A stretch of 54,190 nt of DNA from a virus. Taxonomy: Duplodnaviria; Caudoviricetes. The stretch is from positions 1-54,190 of the IMG/VR virus record IMGVR_UViG_3300003267_000167. One strand, given 5' to 3'. Below are positions 19,230-27,833 of this stretch, in pieces. The notes under the pieces were generated by a model. That model did no database searches and had not been told where the DNA came from. It worked only from the letters and a program-made list of their open reading frames with translations. The position numbers and the translations under genes were made by a program. Position 1 is the stretch's first letter, and each line of letters begins with the position of its first letter.

Positions 19230-19900
19230 AATATCAACCGACCGACGCCGACGAAGCATGGTTGAGCAAGCTCGAAAAAGAGCTTGCCGACCTTGGCGCG
19301 GTCAAAGACTTTGGGGGTAGTGATGTTTCTAGTAATTCTGGCCTTCGGCGGCCTGGCGCTGTGTTTGATGGTAGCATTCGGCCGCCAACGGAGGACATAG
19401 ACAATGGACCAAAACATGAAAGCGGAGATCATCCGAAAGACTCTGACGGGGATCATGGCGGGCTTGATTTCCCTTCTGATTCCGAAGCTTCTAGTGTAAC
19501 GCCGGGGCGTGTGGAACCGGATACACGCCTCAAATCAGAAGGCAAAAAACGACACGCGCAACCGGAGACACCAAGGCCGGAAGCGGCCGATGTGGAACCG
19601 GATACACGGACCAAAAAACGCAAGGCTGTGGAACCGGATACACATCGTCACAAGTCGAATAAACGCGGCGACTTGCGGCCGCCGACCATTCCGGGTCATA
19701 AATGGAAAGCGTCGGGCTATACCGGTTTTGAACTATACACCCGCAGAGCGTCAAAATCGGCGAGCGGCAAGCGATCATCCAAGGGCGATTATGTCGCCTA
19801 TTATTCACGTCAAGACATGGAGGATTTTATCAATGAAAGAAAAAAGACGGCCAACATTAGGCCAGCTAAGGGCGGCCGGCGTGGAACTGTGCGGCCTTGA
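19190..19900 (+). CDS. Disordered linker plus basic C-terminal domain; probable frameshift extension of the membrane protein
   Basis: Open -1 frame; own TTG start has GGAG directly abutting (poor RBS spacing); VEPDT x3. Confidence 0.7.
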   Translation, partial: RARPELDLIPDPAEYQPTDADEAWLSKLEKELADLGAVKDFGGSDVSSNSGLRRPGAVFDGSIRPPTEDIDNGPKHESGDHPKDSDGDHGGLDFPSDSEASSVTPGRVEPDTRLKSEGKKRHAQPETPRPEAADVEPDTRTKKRKAVEPDTHRHKSNKRGDLRPPTIPGHKWKASGYTGFELYTRRASKSASGKRSSKGDYVAYYSRQDMEDFINERKKTANIRPAKGGRRGTVRP

Positions 19901-20076
19901 GTGCGCGTGGATTCGCGCCGAAGCGGGAAGGCAAGGCAAGGCCGATGTGGAACAAAAAGCATTAGAGTATATCCGGGCGGCGGACCTGACGCCCGAAATG
20001 GTCATAGAGCTACGGCGGGAAGTATTGCCGGCCGATGTGGAACCGGCCGCGCTTGTGGAACTGCCCGAAGTGGAAC
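19511..20076 (+). repeat. Eight co-oriented GTGGAAC repeats (three as TGTGGAACCGGATACAC)
   Basis: Copies at 19511, 19592, 19628, 19881, 19947, 20037, 20055, 20070. Confidence 0.9.
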
Positions 20077-20090
20077 GTATGGCCGCGTGA
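19833..20090 (+). CDS. Hypothetical protein (85 aa)
   Basis: GGAGG RBS before ATG 19833. Confidence 0.7.
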   Translation: MKEKRRPTLGQLRAAGVELCGLECAWIRAEAGRQGKADVEQKALEYIRAADLTPEMVIELRREVLPADVEPAALVELPEVERMAA

Positions 20091-20183
20091 GCCTTTCCCT
20101 GCCCTGCCAGACCCGCCCGGCCATTGACCGGCCTCCTGGCCAATCCTAGCTTCAAAGCGGGGCATTCTACACAACGCCGAAAC

Positions 20184-20220
20184 AAAAAGGCCGACCGGAT
20201 TCAAACCCGGTCGGCCTTTT
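20184..20220. terminator. Bidirectional intrinsic terminator
   Basis: AAAAAGGCCGACCGG-loop-CCGGTCGGCCTTTT between convergent genes. Confidence 0.85.
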
Positions 20221-20256
20221 GAGTGATTACGAAGGATATTGGCGCCATTGCAAACG

Positions 20257-20874
20257 CTATGCCGCCGCGTCCGGCTTGTCGCGCTTTTTCTTCGCCTTGG
20301 CCGTTTTCTTTCCGGCAACCTTGGCCGGTCGTTTCTTGCTCGCCTTCCCGTTCGCGCTGGCGGCCGTCGTGCCTTTCTTTCGCACGTCCTTATTTTGGCG
20401 AGCTTTGAAATCGTCAAAAAATTCCGCGCATTCGTCGCAGAGAGGACGGCCGCCGCGCTTTGTGGTTGCGTCTGTGGTGATGTCATTCGCGGCACATTCC
20501 GCGCACCGTGGTTTCGTCTTCCCTTGGGTAGCCGTCGCGCCTTTCTTTCGCGCGGCCTTTGAAGTTTGCGGGAAGTCGAACAGCACGCCCATAGGGGTAT
20601 CCGGGCCAAGGCCGAAGGCGTCACAGATTTTTTGCAGCGTCGCAAAATTCAATTGTTTCGGCGGTTCGCCCATTGGCGCGCCGGACTTATCGAGCCGTTG
20701 ATTGATGAAAAGCGGGATCGTTTGATCGCTTGAGGCAATGCCGAGAAACCGACCCAACCGGCTTGCATTGGTCACGGGCACGGTCAGCAGTTTGCCGCCT
20801 TCGTTAATCTCAACCGTCGCGCCTTTTTCCTCACACAATTCCTTGATGCGTAGTCCGATGATGTTTGGTTTCAT
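20257..20874 (-). CDS. Cro/CI-type HTH repressor with CxxC...CxxC motif and Lys/Ala-rich tail
   Basis: LRIKELCEEKG...LNFATLQKICDAFG...GVLF XRE-like pattern; only clear minus-strand gene; divergent from the early operon. Confidence 0.75.
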   Translation of the reverse strand: MKPNIIGLRIKELCEEKGATVEINEGGKLLTVPVTNASRLGRFLGIASSDQTIPLFINQRLDKSGAPMGEPPKQLNFATLQKICDAFGLGPDTPMGVLFDFPQTSKAARKKGATATQGKTKPRCAECAANDITTDATTKRGGRPLCDECAEFFDDFKARQNKDVRKKGTTAASANGKASKKRPAKVAGKKTAKAKKKRDKPDAAA

Positions 20875-20884
20875 AGTGGCGCGC

Positions 20885-20913
20885 AGTGTACACGCCAGAG
20901 CGGGCGGACGCAA
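20885..20913 (-). promoter_or_regulatory. Leftward repressor promoter (near-leaderless)
   Basis: TTGCGT-17-TACACT on the minus strand, 10 nt before the ATG. Confidence 0.65.
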
Positions 20914-20927
20914 CGCCAAAACGCAGC

Positions 20928-20956
20928 TTGACATATCTCCGCCTTGGCGGTATGGT
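20928..20956 (+). promoter_or_regulatory. Rightward early promoter with operator
   Basis: TTGACA-17-TATGGT; spacer contains the palindrome CCGCC-TT-GGCGG. Confidence 0.85.
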
Positions 20957-21009
20957 GCGTGCGCGACGCGGGGGAAGGCCGCGTACATTTCAATCATAGG
21001 AGACCTGAC

Positions 21010-21321
21010 ATGAGATACAACGTGCAATATAGCGACGAATTGCCAAGGGCGACGTTTGCCAATAGAGACCACCAACGCCTTTTGCGGTTTCTTAATTTCC
21101 ATCTCGTTAAGTGGGATATTGAGGATTACTTTTGGAAGGCGTCAGTGAGTGACGACGGGAGGCCAAGGTTTATCCTTTGGTCCCGTCCGGGCGTTAATTC
21201 GGATAGCTACGATATTCGGGAGATCATCGAGGCCGACAATCTCCGCCCGCTTTACTACGCGGCCATGTCCATCACGCGCCAGCATCGCGGCAACCGAAAG
21301 GAGATCAATCATGACGCATAA
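21010..21321 (+). CDS. Hypothetical early protein
   Basis: TAGGAG RBS before ATG 21010. Confidence 0.65.
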   Translation: MRYNVQYSDELPRATFANRDHQRLLRFLNFHLVKWDIEDYFWKASVSDDGRPRFILWSRPGVNSDSYDIREIIEADNLRPLYYAAMSITRQHRGNRKEINHDA

Positions 21322-21715
21322 GCAATGGCTGTCGAAAAATGACAAGGTTAGGGACGGCGAGCTAGTCGTCACATGCGAGCAAGTGCCCGAATATAAACGG
21401 CGCACATTCTCAATGGACGTATCATGGGAAATCTATCTTTGCCCATGCGGGCAAGAGGTCGTCACAGTTGGCGGAGGCGTCCACAATTGGAACTATCAAC
21501 GCGAATGGCAACCATCACCCGATTGGACCGACGCTGAGCGGCTTCGTGTAGTCGCCTTGATTGCGTCAAAGACCCTCCGCCCGCTTTGCTGGACGGACGC
21601 GGCCGCCGACGCGCTTGATGTGATTATTCAAGTGAGCATGCAACCGGCGAGCTTTCTTGAGACCATCCGCGCGAAGATCATGGCCGCAATGGAAAAGGGC
21701 GGCGCGCGGCAATAA
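21311..21715 (+). CDS. Hypothetical early protein
   Basis: AAGGAG RBS before ATG 21311. Confidence 0.65.
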   Translation: MTHKQWLSKNDKVRDGELVVTCEQVPEYKRRTFSMDVSWEIYLCPCGQEVVTVGGGVHNWNYQREWQPSPDWTDAERLRVVALIASKTLRPLCWTDAAADALDVIIQVSMQPASFLETIRAKIMAAMEKGGARQ

Positions 21716-21767
21716 CCAACGCGGCCGGGCGGCCATCGTCCGGCCTTCACCTATTAGGAGGCCAAAC

Positions 21768-22298
21768 ATGAAAGAAAGACTAAGGAAGATTTACGAACTA
21801 GCAACGCGCGGCGTAGGAGGCGAGCGTGAGAACGCTCAACGATTACTTGAGCGGCTTTTGGCGGAGCACAACTTAACTATTGAAGACCTGGCCGGCGACG
21901 AAAAGAAGCTTTATTACTTCCGATATTCAGAGGGATGGGAAAAGAAGTTAATACTTCAGATTGTGGCCAAGGTAACAAACGTAAGCACTATTGAACCTTG
22001 GGTGCGTAAGGGCTGGCGAAAAGCGCGCGGCTTTGAACTGACGGCGGCGGAGTTTGCGGAGTGCCAACTACTGCTTGAAGAGTACCGCAAGGCATACCGG
22101 AAAGAGTTGGAACGCCTTTTCAGTGCATTCGTTCAACGTAACCGGATTTTTGGGGATGGCAAGGCCGACGAATCCAACACGACGCCGGAGCAATGGGCGG
22201 AGCTTGAGAAAGTCCTAGCGATGGCGCGCAGCCTTGATGTGGTCCCGATACCGCGCAAGCGCCTTGTAGAAGGCATATCAGAGGGGGTAGAGATATGA
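21768..22298 (+). CDS. DUF2786-like protein
   Basis: LRKIYELATRGVGGERENAQRLLERLLAEHNL N-terminal motif. Confidence 0.7.
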   Translation: MKERLRKIYELATRGVGGERENAQRLLERLLAEHNLTIEDLAGDEKKLYYFRYSEGWEKKLILQIVAKVTNVSTIEPWVRKGWRKARGFELTAAEFAECQLLLEEYRKAYRKELERLFSAFVQRNRIFGDGKADESNTTPEQWAELEKVLAMARSLDVVPIPRKRLVEGISEGVEI

Positions 22299-25200
22299 AT
22301 AACACATGGCAACCAATTATGGCCGCGCTTCGCTATCTCGCCGGCCTTTGCGACGGCGCGCAGTCGGAAGACGGCCAAGGCTTCAATAAACCCGACTCTT
22401 TGCGCTGCAAACGTTGGGCGGCGCTCGAAAGCTTGAACGAACGCCAGGCGCGCGACGCTTACGACCGTCTCCGCAAGTACACGGCGCAGCTTGACGCGGG
22501 CGGGATAGACTTCACCAAGCTGCCCGTGCCGCCAAACGAGCGGTTGCAGGCGTCGGACCTGATACGGCCGAACGCCGAACAGTCCAAGCGGCGGGACACG
22601 GACGCCCGCGCGATCCGGGCCGGGAAAGACGCCGAAGGGGATCACTTTCAACTTTCCTGGCCGTATTCCGACGTTGCCGCATTGCTTGAGCCGATGAAAG
22701 ACCATTTCACGGCGCGGCGGTACGTGCAGCAACCCTACAAGCATTGGCGCGTACCGGCCGACTACCGCGCCGCGCGCCTGATGGAGTTCGGCGTTGCGTA
22801 TGACTTTGAAATTTCGCCGGAGGCGTGCGCCTTGTTCGACTCCATCACCATCCCTGACGCCTTGCCCGAAGGCGAAAAGCCCAAACACCCGGACCGCATC
22901 ATCAAGCGCGATCTCTTTCGCCCGGAGCGCAAAGGGAAAGCGCCGAAAGAGGGCATCGGCATTTATTTCGATTACGTGCCGGCGATTCACGCGGCCGTCA
23001 AGGAAATGGTCTCGCCGCAGTATTTCGGCGAAGGCGCGCGGCATTGGGTCGTCTCGCTCGATTCCGCCGCCGCCGTCGCCAAGCTCGCGGCGGAGTTCGG
23101 TTTCAACGTCGAACCGGAGACCCGCGCACTACTCGAAAGCGAAGCCGCCAAGGCGGACGCGGCCGCCAGCCTGGCCGCCAAGCGAAAGGCCGTCTTGATG
23201 AAGGCGGCCGAAGATATCCCGCGCGGCAACTTCGGCGGCAAAACGCCGCGCGATTATCAGGCGGCGGGCGTCAGTCGGATGCTTGAGGCCGGGCGCAGCA
23301 TCCTGGCCGACGATATGGGGCTGGGGAAAGGTCAACCCGCAAGCGGCAAAGTTGCGACGCCTAACGGCTGGCAGATGATTGGTACTCTTCGGCCGGGGGA
23401 TTATGTTATCGGGTCAGATGGCAAGCCTGTTAGTGTGCGCGCCGTTTACTTGCGCGGCGTACTACCAATCTTCAAAGTAACTTTTTCGGATGGCTCAAGC
23501 TTAGATGTAGACGCCGACCATATTTGGACCGTCAAGGACCACAACACACACCATAGGGGCGGAGATTGGTACACGATGACCACACGCGAGCTTATGCTAA
23601 AGGGTCTAAAGGATGGCAACGGTAACAGGAAATACCGTATCCCGATGGTAAAGCCCGTAATCTTTGACCATCAGGACTTACCTTTTGATCCGTACCTAAT
23701 GGGCGTCTTCTTAGGGGATGGAAGCTTTAGCAGCGGGTACAACTTCAACATCTGTACCGGAGATGAAGCCGTACCCGCCGAATGCATGCGCGTGATGCCG
23801 CGCGGCGCGAGTCTTGAAAGGATCGAACCGAAAGAGCGCGCTGTCTATTGGAAGCTTCGCGGATTTTCGCGGCCTCTCTTTGAATCGCTTGGGCTGCTAG
23901 GCTCAAAGGCTGAAACCAAGCAAATTCCCTGGCAATACATGCACGGATCGCCCGACCAAAGACTAGCCCTGTTACAAGGCTTGATGGATACAGACGGCAC
24001 GGCGAGCTTAGATGGTTGCGTGTCTTTTTCGTCGGCAAGCTCAAAGCTCGCGCGTGGTGTTATTGAGTTAGTTCAATCTCTCGGAGGTACGGCGCGGCTT
24101 AGCCTGAAACGTGCGCCAAAGTTTAGCTATAAGGGCGAACAGAAAACCGGGCAACCGTCATGGATCGTAACGCTAGCAATGCCGGAGAGGATGAATCCTT
24201 TTCGGGCTTTTGCGTCTCGCTATAAAGAGCGGACGAAATACCCGCCGCAACGGCTAATCGAATCCATTGAAGCTTACGGCCAAGATGAGGTTGTATGTAT
24301 TTCGGTTGACGCGCCCGACTCGCTTTATGTAGCAGAGAGCTACATCGTTACCCACAACACGTTTGAGGGCATGCTGTGGGCAAGGTGCTACCAACGGGCG
24401 TTCGGCGCGCACGTCTTCATCGTCTGCCCGGTTGCCCTAATGGGCGGATGGATCGAAGAGGCGGCCGCGTGTCACGTCCGGGCGGAGGTTTATTCATGGG
24501 CGAAAGTGCCGCCGCCGCCTTCGTCGCCCTTCGTGCTGATATGCGACGAAGCCCACTATGCACAGTCCATTAAAAGCCAGCGAACGCAAGCCGTCCTAGA
24601 GCTATCGGAAAGCGAGCATTGCCTTGGGGTCGTCATGGCGACGGGGACGCCCATGCGCGGCGGCCGGCCGGTTAATATCTTCCCGCTACTGAAGGCGGTC
24701 AAACACCCCTTGGCGCGCAATAAGTCCAAGTTTGAGGAAAGATACTGCGCGGCGCATCAACGCACGGTCCGCACGGGCGGCCGGACGGTCAACATTTGGG
24801 ACACGACCGGCGCGGCGCACCTTGACGAATTGATGCGGGAGATTGCGCCGCAATTCCTACGCCGGACGAAAGAGCAAGTGTTGAAAGACTTGCCGGCAAA
24901 AACGATCCTGCCCAAACCCGTGGACGTGGACGCCGAAGGCATGGCGATTTATCAGGAAGCTTTCAATAAAGCCCAAGCGCAATATAACGACCGGCTGGCA
25001 AAGGGCGAAATCAAGGAAGGCGCGGAGGCGCTTGTCTTATTGACGCACCTAAAACGCGCGGCCGCGCTCGCGATGGTCAAACCGGCGATTGACCTGGCGG
25101 ACGAAGTAATAGAGCAAAAGCGCAAGGTCTTGATGTACTCGGAATACCCGGAGGTCTGTGAAAAGATCGCGGCGCATTACCGATCGCAAGGCGTCGGCGC

Positions 25201-25630
25201 GGAAGTCCTAACCGGCCAGGTAAAGGCGGAGGACCGCGACACGTCGGTTAAACGTTTCCAGTTTGGCGCGTCGCGCGTCTTTTGTCTGACGAAGGCCGGG
25301 GGCGTCGGCCTGACGTTGACGGCCGCGTCTGACGCTTTCTTAGTAGATCAGCCTTGGATGTGGGATGACGTCGCGCAGATCGTTGACCGGCTACACCGTA
25401 AGGATGCCGTCATGGCGGAGCGGATCGAAGCCGGCCAGGCCATGCCGGTCAACGCCTATTTACTGTCCGGCTTTGAAGTCAATCAGAAAATTCAAGCGCG
25501 GCTTTTTGACCAACGGCGGGCGCTTGGGAAGGTCATGGCCGGCGACCGGCGCACGATGCGGGGCGTTCAAAGCGTCCACGATATAGCCAAGGAAATCGCG
25601 CATGAACTATTCGGAGGGCAAAACAAATGA
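22295..25630 (+). CDS. SNF2-family (HARP/SMARCAL1-like) helicase interrupted by an intein
   Basis: RDYQ, LADDMGLGK|T, DEAH, TGTP, LRRTK, GGVGLTLTAA, QIVDRLHR motifs; HARP-like N-terminal repeats. Confidence 0.9.
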   Translation: MNNTWQPIMAALRYLAGLCDGAQSEDGQGFNKPDSLRCKRWAALESLNERQARDAYDRLRKYTAQLDAGGIDFTKLPVPPNERLQASDLIRPNAEQSKRRDTDARAIRAGKDAEGDHFQLSWPYSDVAALLEPMKDHFTARRYVQQPYKHWRVPADYRAARLMEFGVAYDFEISPEACALFDSITIPDALPEGEKPKHPDRIIKRDLFRPERKGKAPKEGIGIYFDYVPAIHAAVKEMVSPQYFGEGARHWVVSLDSAAAVAKLAAEFGFNVEPETRALLESEAAKADAAASLAAKRKAVLMKAAEDIPRGNFGGKTPRDYQAAGVSRMLEAGRSILADDMGLGKGQPASGKVATPNGWQMIGTLRPGDYVIGSDGKPVSVRAVYLRGVLPIFKVTFSDGSSLDVDADHIWTVKDHNTHHRGGDWYTMTTRELMLKGLKDGNGNRKYRIPMVKPVIFDHQDLPFDPYLMGVFLGDGSFSSGYNFNICTGDEAVPAECMRVMPRGASLERIEPKERAVYWKLRGFSRPLFESLGLLGSKAETKQIPWQYMHGSPDQRLALLQGLMDTDGTASLDGCVSFSSASSKLARGVIELVQSLGGTARLSLKRAPKFSYKGEQKTGQPSWIVTLAMPERMNPFRAFASRYKERTKYPPQRLIESIEAYGQDEVVCISVDAPDSLYVAESYIVTHNTFEGMLWARCYQRAFGAHVFIVCPVALMGGWIEEAAACHVRAEVYSWAKVPPPPSSPFVLICDEAHYAQSIKSQRTQAVLELSESEHCLGVVMATGTPMRGGRPVNIFPLLKAVKHPLARNKSKFEERYCAAHQRTVRTGGRTVNIWDTTGAAHLDELMREIAPQFLRRTKEQVLKDLPAKTILPKPVDVDAEGMAIYQEAFNKAQAQYNDRLAKGEIKEGAEALVLLTHLKRAAALAMVKPAIDLADEVIEQKRKVLMYSEYPEVCEKIAAHYRSQGVGAEVLTGQVKAEDRDTSVKRFQFGASRVFCLTKAGGVGLTLTAASDAFLVDQPWMWDDVAQIVDRLHRKDAVMAERIEAGQAMPVNAYLLSGFEVNQKIQARLFDQRRALGKVMAGDRRTMRGVQSVHDIAKEIAHELFGGQNK
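23330..24358 (+). mobile_element. Intein (343 aa) with LAGLIDADG homing endonuclease, class 3 signature
   Basis: Inserted in Walker A GK|T; ends VTHN|T; LMGVFLGDG and LQGLMDTDG; W-C-T triad. Confidence 0.92.
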
Positions 25631-25854
25631 AGGCAACACGACCAACCAAGCGCGAGACGGACGCGGCCGCCTTTGAGCGGTCGTGCCTCCGGCCGATCAT
25701 CGTCACGGTTTACCCGGAAGGGACCATAAGCTTTCGACTCAAGCGAAGCCGGAGAGAATACACGTTGCCCATTGAGGCTTGCTACCATCTGGCCGTAAAA
25801 GCCGAAACAATAGCCATTGAGAAAAGCAAGCGGAAGGCGAAGCGGAAAGCTTGA
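25627..25854 (+). CDS. Small basic hypothetical protein
   Basis: ATGA overlap with the helicase. Confidence 0.65.
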   Translation: MKATRPTKRETDAAAFERSCLRPIIVTVYPEGTISFRLKRSRREYTLPIEACYHLAVKAETIAIEKSKRKAKRKA

Positions 25855-25879
25855 CGCCTCTCCGCCTTGGCGGTATGAT
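25851..25879 (+). promoter_or_regulatory. Early promoter with operator
   Basis: TTGACG-17-TATGAT with CCGCCTTGGCGG. Confidence 0.85.
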
Positions 25880-25929
25880 GCGGTCCGCCGCGGTAGAGGC
25901 GGCCATCTTTCAACCCCTAGGAGACCAGC

Positions 25930-26310
25930 ATGGACAGATCAAAGCTTTTCAACGCCTTCCGGAATTACGTCAACGCGCACGGTATCGAACCGCGGGCCGG
26001 CTTCGTCAATAACAATCTGACGATTCAACGCGGACCCTTTCAAATCAGCATTGAGGGCCGATCGCGCGGCCTGGGCGTCGTGACGGTCCGCAAGGATCAT
26101 AAACTGATTGCGATCGAAGAGACCGCGCAACCGGGCGCGGAGATTTTCGAGGAAAAGGAAGTCACTGAATGTTTACTGGCCGTCGCGGAATTTGAGCTTG
26201 AACGCGAGCGCAACGAAGCCTTGCCGGCGCGGACGGTAGACACGCGCGCCGAAGCGGATCAAGTCGGAACTTTCGGGCCGAACTGGCGAACGCCCTTCCG
26301 GCCGTTGTAA
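25930..26310 (+). CDS. Hypothetical protein
   Basis: TAGGAG RBS. Confidence 0.7.
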   Translation: MDRSKLFNAFRNYVNAHGIEPRAGFVNNNLTIQRGPFQISIEGRSRGLGVVTVRKDHKLIAIEETAQPGAEIFEEKEVTECLLAVAEFELERERNEALPARTVDTRAEADQVGTFGPNWRTPFRPL

Positions 26311-26370
26311 TCACCAACCAACCCGGCCGGGCGCGCGTCGTCCGGCCTTCACCCTTTAGGAGATCAAGAC

Positions 26371-27075
26371 ATGGCCAAACGAGAGAATCAAATTTTTGAC
26401 CAACCGGAGCGACCGGTTGCCAGTAGCGCGGGGGTCGCATATAGCAAGCTTGAGCAGTCCGAAAAGCCGCGACCTTATCCTGACTTCTTTGACCATCACG
26501 CCAGGACGCGCGATATTGTTGCGGAGGCGTTGACCATCGTGGCGGCCGACGCGGCGGATTACCTGCCCGCGTCGGCGAAGCTTGAGGATTACCCGCGCAC
26601 GGTCGCGGCACTTCGCCGGCAAATCTTCACCCTGCGCTTGACGGCCGCCAGCGTCATGAAACCCTTTGCCGCGCAATTGCGCGAATATAAAGGCCAGATA
26701 TGGGCGAAGGGCGTTTACGCCAACGAAGGCGAGCGGGAGCGGGCGCTTGAGGTCACGCTTGAGGGCTGGCCGGAATACGGCGTAGCGGACCGGGAGCGCG
26801 CGGCCATCGAGTCCGCCATTACATACTTGGAAATAGAGCTTGCTTTACAGCTTGACCAGTGGGCGGAGTGCAAGCTTAATTTCGTCCGCGAAACCGCGCG
26901 CATACTCGCGCGGGCGTCGTCCATACCGTCCGACGTTCTCATGTTTGACGACGATCAATGCGCGCACCCGTCCGTTACTGGCGGCGTGTGCGCCGTGTGC
27001 GGTCAGAACGTCAAATCGTCGGAACCTTGGGCGGACTCGCGCCCGTCCATTTATAGGGAGGGGGGACAGTCATGA
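26371..27075 (+). CDS. Hypothetical helical protein with C-terminal Cys motif
   Basis: TAGGAG RBS; coupled to ERF. Confidence 0.7.
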   Translation: MAKRENQIFDQPERPVASSAGVAYSKLEQSEKPRPYPDFFDHHARTRDIVAEALTIVAADAADYLPASAKLEDYPRTVAALRRQIFTLRLTAASVMKPFAAQLREYKGQIWAKGVYANEGERERALEVTLEGWPEYGVADRERAAIESAITYLEIELALQLDQWAECKLNFVRETARILARASSIPSDVLMFDDDQCAHPSVTGGVCAVCGQNVKSSEPWADSRPSIYREGGQS

Positions 27076-27833
27076 CGAAACAGTTAGCACTGGCGGCGGA
27101 ACCGGCGACGGCACCCGCGGCCGAAATAGAGCAACCGCAATTCCAACCGCCGGGCGCAATCTTCGGCGCGATCTCGAAAGTTATGGCCGAAGTCGGACCC
27201 GTCGCCAAGGACCGCAAGAACGAGCAGCAGAAATACAGCTTCCGCGGCATTGAAGACTTCATGAACGCGCTTAACCCCGTCCTGGCGCGCAATGGGATAT
27301 TCTTCATGCCGGAGATACTTGACCGGGACGTAACGGAACGCGAGACCAAAAACGGCACGACGCTGATTTATACAACGCTGGCGGTCCGTTACACCTTTTA
27401 CGCAAAAGACGGGTCATTCCTGCAATGCGTCGTGGCGGGCGAAGCGATGGACAGCGGCGACAAGTCCACGAACAAGGCCATGAGCGCGGCCTTGAAATAC
27501 GCGCTCATGCAAATTTTCTGCATCCCGACCGAGGCGCAAGAGGACGCCGACGCGCACACGCCGGAGGACAGCAAGCCCAAGGCGGCCGCGAAGGCGGAGA
27601 CCAAAACCACGACGCCGGCCGCCGCCGCGCCGGAGCAAGCCGGCATGACGGAGCGCGATAAGCTACTCGCGCAAGCGAAAGACCTGGCCGAAACATGCGG
27701 CGGGGAAGAAACCAAGCGCCAGCTAAAAGCCTTCAGCGCGGACAGAATTTCCGCCTTAACCGATGCTCAATTGCCGCATTTCGTCGCGGGCCTGCAATTG
27801 TTCTATCAAAAGCGGTCAAAAGCAGGTAAATAG
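27072..27833 (+). CDS. erf: ERF-family single-strand annealing recombinase
   Basis: KN..QKYSFRGIED, GEAMDSGDKSTNKAMSAALKYAL.Q.FCIPT motifs. Confidence 0.88.
   Translation: MTKQLALAAEPATAPAAEIEQPQFQPPGAIFGAISKVMAEVGPVAKDRKNEQQKYSFRGIEDFMNALNPVLARNGIFFMPEILDRDVTERETKNGTTLIYTTLAVRYTFYAKDGSFLQCVVAGEAMDSGDKSTNKAMSAALKYALMQIFCIPTEAQEDADAHTPEDSKPKAAAKAETKTTTPAAAAPEQAGMTERDKLLAQAKDLAETCGGEETKRQLKAFSADRISALTDAQLPHFVAGLQLFYQKRSKAGK

Noticed and set aside
19510-19643. TGTGGAACCGGATACAC x3 as a mini-CRISPR array
   Set aside because: Repeats are only 17 bp, spacing is irregular (81 and 36 bp), they lie in coding frame, and there is no leader or cas gene
19511-20076. Canonical parS site
   Set aside because: Only half-sites are present; no 16-bp palindrome and no parAB
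20875-21102. N-terminal 76 aa of the 281-aa minus-strand ORF
   Set aside because: Overlaps both promoters and a + strand gene; ATG at 20874 fits the HTH start
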